From contig MU059881.1 of assembly GCA_013265495.1 (NCBI GenBank), forward strand, positions 1-64,000: a DNA stretch of 64,000 bases. The letters are read 5' to 3'. The position numbers and the translations under genes were made by a program. Positions 22,901-37,271 of this stretch are shown here, in pieces (the stretch's first letter is position 1; each line of letters begins with the position of its first letter). The notes below the pieces were generated by a model. It was not told the origin of the DNA, did no database searches, and was given only the letters and a program-made list of their open reading frames with translations. Source of the stretch: Vicugna vicugna. Taxonomy: Eukaryota.

Positions 22901-25900
22901 TGGGGGGTGGGCTGACCAGAGGGAGGGGCAGCAAGCCGCCACAGGTCCGAGGCCCCCCGCACCCTCACATGAACCCAGTGCCACCGCCCATGGGGCTGGA
23001 CCCTACGCAGCCCTGGCTCCCTCCATGCTCCCACCAAGACCCCATCTCGGGGCCCCTTATCCGGCGCCAAATACCTAAGGGACATAAACCTGAGAAGGGC
23101 CCGAGGGAGTGCTTCTGCATCGCTGCAGCGGTGAACCCATGTCCATGAGCTGCAGAAAACAGGGGAGACCGGGGGTGTCCAGGAACCTGACCCTCTCCCA
23201 CCCACTCAGCTCAGATACGGCAAAGGAGCCCCCCACCCCCCACGTGAACACAGTGACTAGGCAGGTGGCGGGTTGACGAGCACTGAGGGGGGGCGGGGAA
23301 GGCAGAGGCCGGCGGGGCTCTACCATGTGGCTGTCCTGAGCCAGAGGCCAGAGGAATTCGTGGGCAAGGGGCAGATGCCCCTTCCGGGAGCCCCTCGTGC
23401 GGGGCCGCCTCCTTGCTGTGTCCAAGCGTGAGCGGCCCTCGGCTCTGACAGCTGCCCTGGCCCGCAGACCCTGTCCCGCGGCCGCCCCACGAGTCACTGC
23501 TGACTCGTTCTCTCTGCCCGAAGACCTTCTTCCTTATCTTTGAGGCTTGGCCACCGAACCAGGCTCCGTCCAGTGCCGTCTCTTCCTGGTACATGCAGGG
23601 CTGCCCTTCCTCTGCTGGGGGCTCCCTCCCTGTCTGCGGTGCATACCCACCTTTCCTCCACACACATCGTCTCTGCCCCCAACCCCATAAAACCTCGGTT
23701 TTCCCTCTGCAATGTCCACATGACCTTACACCCACTGAAGTTCTCAGCCCTGGTCTCTTAATGAAACAGCGCATCTGGGCAACGGTTGTCGATGGAACTG
23801 GAGCTGTGTGGGGAGAGCAGCCGCAAGGCTGGGTTGTGAGCAGTGGATCAGCCCAAACCCCCGATCGACCTTAAGCCCAGAGCAGGGGGACAAGCAGACA
23901 CGGGAGGCCCCGGGGTGATGCCCACACTTCCAGCCTGAGCCTCGTCAAGCCCCAGGTGGCTGCCTCAGTTGAAGTTAACTTCTGCAAACACCGGCTTCCT
24001 CGGCCTCATGGCCACGTGCGAGTGCTCCCCTCCTCCAGCGCACTCAGACATCGAGATGAAATAAACACAGAAGCATCTGACGAATCTCAGGCAGAAGCCC
24101 AGTCTGCCAGCTTCTGCCCAAACCCTCCTGGTTATTTTTCACTTCGCTTCCTTTGTTCCAGCCTCAAGAGACACGGGGACTGTCTGGGTCGCCTGCTGGG
24201 GTGACCGCCAACAGCCCTCCGCCTTTCCCGGCAGCCAGCTCTCTGTGGGCGGAGCAGAGCTGGGCTTCAGCCCTGCTGGTCAGGGGCAGCGGATTAGGGC
24301 TCACTGTGTCCGGAGAACAGCGGGAGACGGGGAAGGGGAATCTGCAGAATCCTGAGCAGTTGAGAGACTGACACCCAAAAAAGGTGAGAAGTGGGGTGGG
24401 GGCCTCCTGGGGGATGCAGACCGGAGGAGAGACCACCCGACAGAAAGGCCGGTCCGGTGACGCCCAAGCAGCTCAGGCTTGGGGCCAGGGCGGGGGTGGG
24501 GGCAGGGCCGGCGGCTCTGTCTGGGAGCCATCAGCAGGGGGCGGCCCCAGGCCCGGCTGTTGCTAACGTTGCTCCTCTGCCTTCTCCGACCTCCGTCACG
24601 CGGGAAACGAATGCTGCTTCCTCGACTGCATCACAACCAGAGCCCTGACGGCGCAAACACCGCGGAAGACGCCTGGAAACCCGGAGGGTGCTGGGCTGGG
24701 GCGGCAGGCGCGCCCGGCCATGCGGGAGGGCCTCACCTTGTCCACGTGCGCGTGCCAGTACTCGTCATGGGCCGTCCGGGCCGCCGTGCTGTTGATGCGG
24801 GAGAAGAAGGTGGGCTTTGTCAGGTACAGCGAGGACGCGCTGATGCCAAACGCCCGGGCGATCGCCAGCTGGACCTTCTGCCGCACGTCCCTGCCGAGAG
24901 GAAACACCCGTCACCCAGAGCTGCGCGGGGCTCCTCCACGGAGCCACACTGTGCTACGCCACAACGAGACCCAGGCTGGAGAAGCTGGAAAGGTGAACAG
25001 ATGCACACACAGGTCTCGCACATGTATGCCAGCGTCTCATGTGCACGCCCAGGAACCCGGGGCCAGTTCTCTGTAGAATGACCCCAGTACCAGGCCAGCT
25101 GGGCAGTGGCTGTGGGGACAGCAGGAGCATCAGGGGGTGGGGGGTTGGCCCTCTGCACACGGCCCATCCACTTCCAAGCCGTGTTGAGGCCTGGGTGGCC
25201 CAGCCCTGGGCAGAGGACTGCACAGCGCACGGTCAGGGCTGGGGCAGCAGCCTGACCCAGCAGAGGGGTGCTGGCCCATGGAGACCTGGCCCCTCCCTGG
25301 CCTGTCCAGAGCCTGGGCTCTCAGCCCGACTGTGGGCACAGATTACTGCATCAGCATCCGACCCTCCCTGGACTGCAGCCGACCCCCGGGGCCAGGCTCC
25401 TGGGAGCTGCAGGGAGCTGACTGCCCAGGAGGCCGGACGCAGGGAGCAGTGCTGGAAAGGGTAGCCGGGTCTCTCAGGTCCACCTACATACCTCCCTACA
25501 CACGGACACACTGGACACACATGCACACAAACCTCCCTGCACGCACTGTGCAAACCCACATACATCCACACACGTGCATGACACGTGCCTGCCTGCATGC
25601 GCACACCTGCACGACGGTGCCGCGCTGCCACACACTCGTGCACAGATGTGTGCACTCACAGCACACCTGCAAGTACACCTACCCCGTGCACACGGACATG
25701 TAATAAACCCGGTCCTCAGCCGTGTGCCAAGTGACAGGGCCTGAGCACAACAGCCCACAAGCCCTCCCCGTGCTTCCACACCGCCAGCTGGTCTTCTGCA
25801 CACACGGCACTAGGTGGGGGTCCCACCCAGGCCAGGGCGCCAACCCCGGTGACCGGCCTCTTCCACTGATCCCGCAGACTCATCTCGGTGAGCAGAACGT

Positions 25901-28900
25901 TTATCTGCGTCAACAATGGAGTTCACGGAAACTCTGCTGAACCAACAGCGACATTCTAGTGTTCCTGCCCTTCAGGAGGGAGCGAGACGTGTCAACTCAA
26001 CGTCTCTCATCAACCAAGTCGTAGAATTACTCCCCGAATGTCAGCTATTTCCCCCGCTTCGTTTATCTTCGAGCCTTGACGCCATGCAGGCTGCATTATC
26101 CACGTCTGAGTTCAGCAAACTGGAAGAACTTAACGCTCATGACACCGTCCCGCTTTCCTCAAACAACGAGCGCCTTCTGGGGTGGCGCCCGGACAACCGA
26201 ACAGGTCTCCTCTCAGAGCTGACCCCTTGTTTTGCTTCGAGCAGAGGCCATCTTTCCTGGTTTCTCTGTTGTTTTCTGCTTTTCTATCCTGGTTTCCTCC
26301 CTTTCTTCCTCCAGGCCCCTCATGCTCACCACTGGTCACGTTGACTCCAACTTACTGTTTCTGTGGGAAGTCACAGGGAGGGCCCGTCCCCCGGTCCCTG
26401 TGACCTCGGCTGCCCACCGAGGACTGTCCTCTAGTTTTCAGACTCCGGCTCCCTTTGTCACAGGGCACAGTGTCCCCAGTGTTCAGGTGACAGATGGTAG
26501 TGGAGAAAGCCTGGCCACGATGTGTGGTTTTACTTTCTGCACCATCCAGAAGAAGCCGGAAACAGTGGCTGAGAGTCGAATGACGCTATCCTGCCGTGGT
26601 GGCGAGAACTCTGCTCCCGAGGCCGCACTGTCTCCACGACAACCCAAAGGGCTTCCGGGACGTTTGCCCTAAACGCTCACCACGAAGCTAGACCTCAGAC
26701 CAGTTCCTTCCAGCTGCACGAGATCAACCAAGGGGTGCCGTTTGCACTCTGTTTGGTTTATCAGAGCCCTTCATGGGAGATGGGGCAGCTCCTCTGAGAC
26801 GTCACTGCTGTCAGAGCTCCCCCAAACTCTGCTCTCTTTTTCTGACAATCTAGACCATACGTGTGATCACACGGATGTCCTATGTTGGTAATATTTCTGT
26901 CGTGTCTCAAATGCTCAACCATTTTTAAGAACAGAACATAGGGCATTAAAAAAGATCCTGGTGGTCCCTCTGAACACCACCATTTACGTTATAAATGCTT
27001 CGATGGTACGTTTTTGGAAGTTTGAATCATTTTATTTAATTATTTCACTGTAATTGTTTTAATTAGTTAATTATTAGCTACTAACTATCCAGTTATTTTA
27101 ATAATTGCGTTTTCTTGTTGGAACTGATTGGTGAGGTTCCTCCTGCTTCCTCTTTGATGATGACAAACCGTCCTGGGCTTCTGTGGACAAGACAGACATC
27201 ACAGTGAAGTTGCGCTGGCCTGCCCACCTCCTTCTCCCACGAGCACCGGCTGCGCCCAGCGTTCTGGCCTCTGGTCACACGGTCGACTTGGTTTCCACCC
27301 CAGGAACACCAGCTGTTCCATCTGCCCCGACTCCCATGTTGCAGATGTCCGGGGCTGTGGGGCCCTCGTGACGGTCGGACTGCAGCTGGGATGGGAGTCC
27401 CTCCTCTCTGCAGGCCCGGATGTGCACGACTGTGCGACTCAGATGGGACACGGGGCTACTGCTTTCCCTTCATTCTGGGTGTTCATTTCTGTTTCACAGA
27501 GTCTTGAATTTATAAATATCAAGACACTGCCGCGCACTTTCTACTAAACAAGAGTGAACCCATCAAACCATGGGAACCAGCAGCACAGCGGGTCACGGTG
27601 GTCATCACAGACGGGCCCAGCACTTCCCCAGGTGTGCGGCCAGCCAGGGTGACACCAGCCTCGTCCGTGGTCTCGACGGCAGAGTCTGGACCCTCTGCTC
27701 ACGGCGCACAGGACCAGCCGCTGGAAGAGCGAGTCCCGCTGGAGCCTGGCCTCGGCTGACGGTACCGCTTACTGCTCATCCCGTCCATGGTCAAGAGTGG
27801 AACCTTGTCCACAGCAGTAGCCTGGGCTTCACGTTGCAGCTGTTTCTGTGGTAATATGGCTCCAGCCAATCACGGCCCTGGTGACTGGGGGCGGAGGGTC
27901 AGGGCCGTGGTGATAAAAGGGCAGCAGGGCTCCGCGGCGCCTTACAGACCGACACAGGTGAGTCACTGCACGGGACCAGACGCGCCCCTGGGTGAGCAAG
28001 GTCAAACGCAAGCCTGAGCAGCACAGTGGGTGCCTGGTGTCTGTTTCTGGGGCCTGCACTCCGGATCTCGGTGTCAGGGGAGCCCCTGTGCCACCTCTCA
28101 GGACTGTGTGCGACCTTGATGATCTCAGAACAAGGAGTTCAGTTAAGATGGCAAGCTCCCCGCTGCCTGGGCTGAGCCCGTGACACGAGGGCTGAGCCCG
28201 TGACACGAGGCCCTGGGGGCGCGCGGTGTGGCCCTGGCAGGGCCCGCGGCTGCTCACAACGCCCTTGCGAGGCCTCTGGGCCCACCCGGGCGGGCTGCGG
28301 CTCTGCACCACCTCCTGACTGACGGGAAGCGCTTCGGCTTAACATCCACTGCCCTCCCAGGAAACTCCGGCCGGATGTCGGCCCAACCCGGCCTGAGGAG
28401 AGAGCCAGGACCCGCCACCCTGGCCCGCACCACTCCCGGCCCCGCCAGCCGCCTTCCCCACCCGAACCCGGTGGCCGTCCCCTCCTCACCGGTACAACTG
28501 GAAGTCCTCTCCTGAGAAGACAGTTTGTATTCTATCCCCAAAATACCTGTGGGAAAAAAAAAGGAGCATTAACAAATGAACCATTCTGTTAATGTTTCCT
28601 TATTTCCCTTAAGTCCCTCCTCCGCTGACCAGCGTCCCACAGCCCAGCTGGTCCTCATCATCTTGGAGCCGCTCTTCCCACAATACCTGCGGGAGCGGGA
28701 GGGGGCGCTCGGCACCTGGCAGGTGGGGTAAGATTTATCAAGGCTGGGGGCCCCTGGCTTCCCCTGGCCCTCGGGGAGGGTCAGAGCCCCAGCTCTCAGG
28801 GGCCCAGCCAGCCGTCACCACTCCCACCTCTCCCTCCGCCCCGGCCCCTCGGCTCATCCTGAGAAGCCCCTGCTGATGCACTAGACTTCCCTGACGAATG

Positions 28901-31900
28901 GAAAGCAAGGATGCCGCCCCTCGGAAGGGCTGCACAGCCTGGTCCTTGCCCAGCCACAGCTGGATGGCAAACATCACGGTCTGCCCAAGACTGGAGCTGC
29001 TCCAACCCAGATGCATAAGCCTCACACGGGGGTCGCCGGCTAAGAAACAGGCAGAGACCTCCCCCCCAGGTTTTACCTGTACAGGTTCACAAAGTGCTTC
29101 CCGACAGACAGGGCCCCAGAGTGCAGGTCCAGGATGGACGCCTGGAAAAGACGTTGGCAAGCGGTGTGAGGGTCAAGACAGAGCTTTGAAGGCCACCGTT
29201 AAACTCGGGTTTCTGAGACCCGTCCTCGCACACCCAGGTCAGGGAGACGGCGCACACCGGCGGGGTTTCAAGACGCCTGGACAGAGGCGTGTGAGGGGGA
29301 TCTTTCTCTGAGGCCCTAAGAATGAAGACTCGAAAGTTCTGAGAACAGCCCACAGATGCAGTTCCTCCAGACAGATCCCAGGACTCCTGCGGCTGAGTCA
29401 CAAGCCCCTCCCCTGCTCTGCTGAGGGACAGCCAGCACCCGGTCAGCTCCTGTTTACCTACAATTCGACAGGTTTCGATGTTGACGTGCACCCTCAAAAC
29501 CACCCCACTCTCGGGAGAGTAAACACACCACCCCCCAAACTTCCTTGCACCCTCTGTACCCCCGGCCCTCCCCAGGCAACCACTGACATGCTTTCTGCCA
29601 CAGCAGACTGGACAGTTTCTAGAGCTTGTGCCCTGGAGTCTCACAGGCGCACTGGCTCTCAGCCGGGGCCCCTGCCCTCAGCGCCGCCACCCTGCGGCCC
29701 ACTCACGTGGGTGCAGGCACCCGCTGTCCACTCTGTCCTCAGGGAGCACTCCGTGTCTGGCTGCCTCACCTGGGGGCCCGTTCCCCGTTGAGGGCTGCTC
29801 CCCACAAAGCGGCTGTGGCACTGGTGGACGCTTTATCACGGGGGGCTCTTAGTCTCCCGGGGAGGCACCCGGCCCATAACTTAAAAGGAACCACCAGGGC
29901 ATCTCCCGCCCCTGCCCGCCCTGCCTCCGCGCGGCCTTCCCTGCACCCCGGCCAAGGTGGGCACCAGCACGGACGACCTCCACCCTGGCTGAGTGTCTCT
30001 TCTCACTGAGGCAGCGACCAGCCCAGGGCTTGGTTTGAACATGACTTGGGCTTAAAAAATGTTAACTGCACTTAAAGGCATCAAACTTGGCTGATTCATC
30101 GCAAGACAACTTCTCAAGTGAATGCTGAGCAGAGTAAAGGATGAGTCCGTGCACAAACAGGTCTTTGACAAGTACTCCCCCCGAACCGAAGCAAAGCAGA
30201 AGCTGAACGGTCAGAACTCGAGAGGAAAGCGTTTGCCGAATAGAAGAGTCACAGAGGTCATCACCAAGCTACACGGGGGAAAGGGTGGGCTCCCCCAGCC
30301 CCACATGCTGGGCGAGGGGACCCCCGCACGGGAACTCAGCCCAGCGGAAGGTGCACTGGCCTGAAAGCAGCAGCAACCCCGCCTCTAGCGCTGGAGGCCG
30401 GAAGGGTGGGATTGAGGTGTCAGCAGGGCCCCGCTCCTTCCGAGGGCGTCAGGGAAGGATCCTCCTTGAGTCTTTGGGCTCCTGGTGGCCCTAGGCGTCC
30501 CCGGGTTTGTGCCATCACTCCGTCTCTGCCTCTGTCTTCCTACGGCCTCCTCTTCAATCCCACTCCTCCCCTCCCTTCCTCTCACAAGGACTCTTATCAC
30601 TGGACTGCGGGCCCACCTCGTAGTCCAGGATGATCTGTCTTGAGACCCTACCTGAACGACAGCAGCAAAGACCCTTCTCCCCAGTGAGCTCCCTTCACAG
30701 CTTCTGGGTGGACGCACCTTTCAGGAGCCACCGCTGGACCCCCGCAGACTCACAGTGGACGACAGTCCCCACGCGCGTCTGCGGGGCCTCCTCCACCCGG
30801 CACCTCCGCACCGTTTCCCCGCAGCTCCTCAGCGCGCCCCGACTGTCCCTGCCCAGGGCTTCCCTCCTCACTGGCTCTGCTGGTTCCCTGTTCTGTCTGC
30901 TCCCTGCCTGTGACCTCCGCTGGCCCCAGGCTGGGGTGCCTGACGTGTGGGTGTGACTGGAGGCAGGCCGGCTGTGACACACCGTGAAGGGAGGGGCACT
31001 TTGCCACCAGGAGTGGGCCCTGCGAAGCCCCTCGGGACAGGGGGAGAGCAAAGCCAAGGGGTGACAAGCGGCACACGACTCACCCCTCCGTCGGATCCTC
31101 CGAGGGAGAGCCCCTTCTCGGCTACGCTGCGGGGAGGAGAAGCTTAAGTCAGGATTCCGTGAAGGCCTGCACGCCTCAGCACACGTCAGTCAGCACGGTG
31201 ACCGTGTCGTGCTTCCAACAAAAGCACACGCTTAGACAAAGGACCCGACTCTCAGGCTAGGTGAGTAAGCGGTAACATTTGTCACCGTCTCGCTGCCAGC
31301 ACGTGGCACAGTCTGGGAACGAGAGGGCTTAGCTTCCGTCCTCCGCACAGAGACCTGCGCTGAGTCGAACGGCTGAGCTGCCCCAGCGGGTCCCTCTCCC
31401 GCCATCACAGGCTGGGGCAGCCTTTAATCACCAGCGGGGTGCGGGGCAGAGGCCCCGTGCTGGCCACGTGGGACCTCACAGGACCACGCGCCCCACTGAA
31501 GATGCAGGGCTTCCAGTGCCTTTGGCTGAGGCTTCACGGCCGCCCGGGGAGCCAGGGGATGGACCCTCCCTCACACCAGGGACCCCCACCCAACGAGCCC
31601 GGCAATGGCATCTGCAAACAGGAGCGTCTGCCCTCTGGGACCCCGAGCTCAGCATGTGGGCCAGACACCGCTCCATCTGGCCCCTGCTTGTGTCTGAGTC
31701 CTTGATGGAAAACCAAAGCTCTGAGATCTCGTCTTTGAAAGATGGGGCCCCCATGCCTGATGGGCACATAGCCCCCCCAACCCCAGCGGGCCAGAACCGC
31801 TTCCCCTGGAGCGGGCCCAGGCTCCGGAAGGTTCCGTCAGCAGCTGCGTCAGGGAGGGCAACAGCCTTTTCTCCTGGAAACCAGAAAAGCCCAGCTCTGC

Positions 31901-34900
31901 CTTGGAAGTGCACAAGGGAATTCTTAGGGAATTCTAAATGCATTTCTTTACATTTACACCCCCGTTTCAGTGGTCATTCCCTGCTTCCCACCCCCAGCCC
32001 CACTCTCCTGCTCCTTCAGGACCGAGATGTGTGTACCTGCGAATCCTCCGGGCTTCGTCCCTGGTGATGACAGCATCGGAGATGCCCCGTCCACACTTCC
32101 TCGGGGAGCAGCCTGGAGGGTCGAGCCAGGGTGAGACGCTGCCCCCCCGAACCCTGACATGAGCTGCTGCATTTGTGAGGGACTCACCTGCGGGCGGCCT
32201 CTGCCCCCAGGGACAAGGGAATTCTGTGGGATGGGGCCTTGCCTTCCACGAGATTAGGGATGGGATTTGCAGCGGTGACTGCTCAGTATAGGCACACCCC
32301 TGGCAGCACACGCCCCATCCCACTGGGCCTGCGTGTTGCTGGAGGCCCCACACCAGGCAGGTCATTCCGGGAGCACCAGGCACTGTGCCCACCCTTGGGA
32401 AGACAGCCCAGAGATGACATCTACCACATTCTAGAACCATCACTGACTGCAGAGCCAGACTCATCGGAAAGTCCCTCCAGGATGACCAAAGCTGTGCCTG
32501 TAACTCTAGTCACTGTCCTTCCACGGGGCTCGGCAGTGCTGCCCCAAGGAGCCTACCCGGCCTCCCTCTGCCTCTGCACCTAGGACTGCGGGGAGAGGAT
32601 GGGGGCTTGGATGGGACGGGGCCAGGGTCAGGGTGGAGTCACGGTGGAGACCCGACCTCAAGGCTCCCAGTAACTGTGGACAGGGAGGCAGGGGTCCATG
32701 AGGACAGACCGCACACACTGGACTAGGAGACACGCCGAACTCCACAGCAACCATTCAGATACCCCCACTTTTCCAGGGACACACGGAACACTAACAAAAA
32801 CGTATTAACCCAAAAGGGAAGTCTGAACCAGCGTCACAGGGTCTGTGTCATGCAGGCTACCTTCTCCAGCTACAGAGTAATTAGAGAGGACCAAAACCCC
32901 CTGCCTCTTGAAATTGTAAAATCCAGCAGTGACACAAGAATGAGTATCAAGAGCACAATTTGGGTGAGAAAGTGAGTTGTGAGCAATTGACAGCGTTGCT
33001 GCACAGACAGGCGTGCACAGACTCCAAACACGCAGACACGCCGCCCAGCACACAGGCCCCTTTCAGCCGAGGGGGGAGTCCAGAGGCTTTAACGTCCAAA
33101 ACAGCTGTTTTGTTTTGTTAAGCATATACCCCCAAGTTTACCACTTAAACTGTCTTTAGCATACAGTTCAGGGGCATTAACTACATTCACACTGTTGTGT
33201 AGCCACCACCACCACCGTCTCCAGAACTTCCTCATCTTCCCAACGGCAACCCCCTCCCCATCTACACTAACTCTCCCACACCTTCCAACTGTTTTTAATG
33301 TTAATAAATTATTAAATGGGTAGGAAGAAAAACTTGTCTTCAGCTCTAACCACTGAGAAGTACTTTCTCAAAAGTTGGGACTTCGGAGGGAAAAAGCTGA
33401 CTAAGACAGAGAGAGAATCCCCACGACTGAAGCCGCTCCTTTCCTGGCCCCTGCGGGGAAAGGCAGCCTCCATCCGCGTCCCTGCCAAGGGGCTCACACG
33501 CCTGCGGTCACCCAAACCCCGACTCTGCGTGTCACAACAGCACCCCCTGGTGGAGGGACTCAGCAATCTTTTCTTGGTTCAAGGTTCAAGTTCAAAGCCT
33601 TGCACTGAATTCTTTCTTTAAAATCCCATTGCTCTGGCTAGGCTTTCAAAAGTGCTGCCCGCCTCAGAGCAGGCAGGTGCCAGGATGGGACACACAACAG
33701 GAGGAGGGCCTCTGGGACTGACGTCCCCTGTTGCGACATTTTCTGCTGCGACAACATTCTGAGACACTCCACAGAAAACGCCTTTTCTGGGTTCAACTTT
33801 AGCATTGTTACCTTTCCAGTTCTGTTACATCCTTCCAGGCAAACCATCTCCTCCATCAGATAGCGCCCCCTGTGTGGGGCACCTCCGTGAAACACGCCAT
33901 AGCCTGGGCAGAGAGGCCTGGGCAGTGACCGGTGGGCCTGCCCCTGCACCGGCAGGGTCTGAAACACCTGCAGTTCCTGGACCTGGTGTGAACTAACCAA
34001 CATGGAGGCCGGGGAGGGCACTCGCCACCCACTCCCACTACTTTCAACCTGATTCCCACCAATTCATTGTAGTAAAAAAAGATGCATTTTGAATTCAACA
34101 AATTCCATGTCAAGAAGCTGCTTTTTCCTGGATCATCTCGGCATCACATACCTTCAAACCTTCGGTGACTGTCATAGTCCTCGGAGCAGGGCACCTCGAT
34201 GAACCTGCCTGGCAGGACCTCACTTCGGAGAGCTAGGACCTCAGTGATGCCATCCTCGCCCCCTAGGCTGCCCCAGAGCAGGAGAGCAGCGAGCGAGGTG
34301 CAGGCTCCCAGGACAGCAGCTCTCAGCCACTTCCTTCGCACGTCCCGGGGCCCCCGGACACTCTTGGTGCTGAGAATAGAAAACCGTGGTCACCCAAATG
34401 CACCTGCGTGTGCTGAAAAGGCAGCCCACCTCAACCAGAGACCATGACTATGACCAGAGACCACGCCCACACTTAGTTTCGGCCTTAAACTGTTCCCACA
34501 CAGACCCTTGTCAGAGCCGCTCTCAACCAAGCCAGAGGCACTCGCCAGGATGGATGGAAGTGGAGGGGAAGGTGGGGGGGATTTGGAGGGGAAGGTGCCC
34601 CCCACCCCACATGGCTGGGCAGGGCTCACTGTGCCCCCAGGGCAACAAGATGAACCTGTCTGGGAGTTGGGGTTCCTGGCAGAGTGGCACTGATCATGTT
34701 GCCTGCATTAGAAAATGACTGCCACAACCCCACACATGTGCCCCTGGTGCACGTGCGCACATACACAGACACACAATGTGAACTAAGTTAAGTCTGAGTC
34801 AAACCCATTTTACTAAAACCACCAGCCAGCCAGGAAGAAAATACAAGTCCAACAAATGATTTGCAAGTAAGACACTTTCTGTGCCAGCCAGGCTAACTGT

Positions 34901-36289
34901 GGGATTCACACTGCCTGTGCAGCTGTTGCAGGCATGTCTGTATGTGTGTGCACACGTATGCCTGTGCATACACGTCTCCCTGTGTTTGGGTGACGTATAC
35001 GCATGCATACGTGTGTCTATGTATGTGCACGTGTGCTCTGCTATCTAAGAAAATCATGCAGGGCTTGAAGGACTGGGAGCAACGAGAAGAGAGATCCAGT
35101 CACCCTTCCATGGAGGTGCACCTTGTTTCTTCAAGTATATGATTAATTCCTAAAAAGCAGGAGCCTGCTTTTTTTTTTGTATGTCCCGCCACACTTTGAA
35201 TTGCTGTATAAATAACACCCAGATTATGATTAAATAAGTCCCAAGGTGGCACAGCTCAGTCAGACCATGCTGGGTGCACACACGATCATTTAAAACAGGG
35301 AGTACAGATGCCCAGCTCACAAAGACCCCCACCCCTAGAAATGCTGTCCAGCATCCAGCCCACCTAGCCTCCTCTGATTAGACCAGGGTGGACACCTAAC
35401 TCCAGCGGGCCCATCATTTCTCTTCCCCAAGAATTCCTAACAGAGGGAGGCTGCCAGCTCCTCTCAGCCACAGGTGGCTGGAACCCTAAACTACAGGGGC
35501 AAAGCCGCGGGGGACACGTTCTCCTGAGACACCCCGGCCGCTGGGACAGAAAGGGATGGAAAGGGAGGTGCAGAGACGAGAGGGGAAAACAGCCTCCTGG
35601 GCCATATTCGAACGCCCCTTCCCCTCGGGGGTCTCCTCAAAATAAGCACCCCTGTCCATGGTAATCTGGCTCAAGCAGCACCCCGAGAATCTTGCCAGAA
35701 CGGAAGGGGATTTGGACGGGACAAGCACGACGACACAGTGATTCGTCCCGGAGTGATTAAAATACACTCTGGCCTGAAAGCTTCGGGCAGACTCCCCTCG
35801 AAGGCTACGTGTGAGCTCACGTACTCATTCATTGGGTCACTCAACGAGGAACCCCCATGTGCACACCCTAAGGAAAGCACGCAGAGACCAGACGACGGGG
35901 CCTCGGAGCCCCGTCCCCGTGCGGGAGGCCCGGCGCGGAGCCCTCGGTACCCACGGGGGAGGGGCGTCGGGGAAGGTTTCCCACCCCGCTGCCCTCCCCC
36001 TCCAATCGCGCGCCCCGGGCGTGATTCTGCAGGCCACGCCCTTCGGGTAGACCACGCCCTCTAGGCGTGCGGTTCGCCCAGCACATGCCACGCCCCTCGC
36101 GATCGGGCCGCACCCACACTACAGCCCCGCCCCCAGAAGAGGCCCGCCCCAGCCCCAGCCCCTCTCGGCCAGGCCCCACCCACCCTGTCCGCCTGCTCCC
36201 CTCGCCGCCCAGTACCTGCTCGGTCGCCGGCGCTCGGCCGCCCCGCTGCCCTCGGGCGCCTTGGGCGCGCCCCTCCGCTGAGGTGCCAT
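19910..36289 (-). CDS. OGFOD3: 2-oxoglutarate and iron-dependent oxygenase domain-containing protein 3, 315 aa, 9 coding exons
   Basis: Exons (-): 36216-36289, 34152-34369, 32037-32112, 31084-31126, 29077-29141, 28490-28546, 24737-24890, 21511-21634, 19910-20046. All introns are GT-AG and the total is 948 nt in frame. Protein starts MAPQRRGAPKAPEG, has an N-terminal TM segment, FIEVPCSEDY, the HxD motif (YWHAHVDK), the distal His (ENLHRVEK) and TRYAIT. Confidence 0.96.
25480..25700. repeat. Imperfect (CA)/(CACG)-rich low-complexity tract in OGFOD3 intron 6
   Basis: acacggacacactggacacacatgcacaca...gcacacctgcacg; a similar tract occurs at about 34730-35035. Confidence 0.7.
28169..28208. repeat. 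Perfect 20-bp tandem duplication
   Basis: GGGCTGAGCCCGTGACACGA x2. Confidence 0.9.
33105..33275 (-). mobile_element. L1MB-like 3' end fragment
   Basis: tttaccacttaaactgtctttagcatacagttcaggggcattaactacattcacactgttgtgtagccaccacc is the typical reverse L1M 3' terminus. Confidence 0.7.
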
Positions 36290-36703
36290 CGGCTAGGCCG
36301 CCGGGGAGCCAGGCCGAACGCGGGAGCCGCCGCGAGCCGGGACGAGCGCCGCGAGAGGGAGCGCGAGGCCGGCGCGGCCAGGGACACGAGCGACGCGCTC
36401 GGCCGTCGACCTCCGGGCTGGTGGCAGGCCCGAGCAATCGGAGGCCGAGTGCCGAGCGGGGCGGGGACCCGAGTGCGGGCCCGGCGCGCACCCCGCCCGC
36501 GCCGCGCCCGCCCCGGCCGGACCTGCGCTTCTCCCCTGCGCTCCGCGGAACCGGACGGGCCTCCGCGCCTCCGTGTGACGAGCGTCCTCGCCCCGCCGTG
36601 CGCGCTCTCCCGGGGGCCCGTGCCCTCTCCGGGGTCTCCACGTCCCCTTCCCGGGCCCGCGCCACGCCGAGGGCACTGGGTCCAGTTGACGCTCAGCACA
36701 CAG
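35890..36703. promoter_or_regulatory. Bidirectional CpG-island promoter of OGFOD3 (-) and HEXD (+)
   Basis: Dense CpG. OGFOD3 ATG at 36289 (-). Candidate donor of the HEXD non-coding exon CAG|GTATCC at 36704; acceptor ctctAG before 37214. Confidence 0.85.
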
Positions 36704-37271
36704 GTATCCCTAAGGCCTTGCTGCTGCTGTTACAGCTTTCAGCTTCCCTAGAGAACCTTCCGCCTAGTGGGCAAGAAGTAGGATCTTAACCAGCCCTGTC
36801 CAGATGCCTAAGATTCTGAATGAGCAGTTAGCAGTGAGGTTCATTCACGAGGATCAAGTCTGAAAAAGGTGCATAATTTACTGATACAGGGGAGAAGAAA
36901 ACCTTCCTAGACTCATTGGACAAGAAAAGAGATCTGCCCAACAGTCCTGAAACGGGGAAAATCAGTGTGATCAGAGGCCATTCAGGGGCTCCACAGAGCT
37001 TACCTAGAGGCCGAGGCAGGGACAGGGACAGCTGCAGACCTGCCAGGCAGTCTGGAAACAGTAGTGACAGCTGACCCAAGCCTTTGAAATAATCTGATTT
37101 CTACACACCTCTTGCAGCAGGAATCAAAGCACAGGACCTACACGCTCACAAGACGGAACCCTGACTCTCTCTTGTTCTTTCCCTTTACACTCTGTCCTGA
37201 ATTTCTCCTCTAGGAGGAAGTGACCAGACAGGAGGAGGTTTTCATTATATGACTTCATCAAACATAGTGCA

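Noticed and set aside
35868-36789. Several ORFs of 200-265 aa in the OGFOD3/HEXD promoter
   Set aside because: Arg/Pro/Gly/Ala-rich products typical of stop-poor CpG islands; only the 74-nt OGFOD3 exon 1 is supported.
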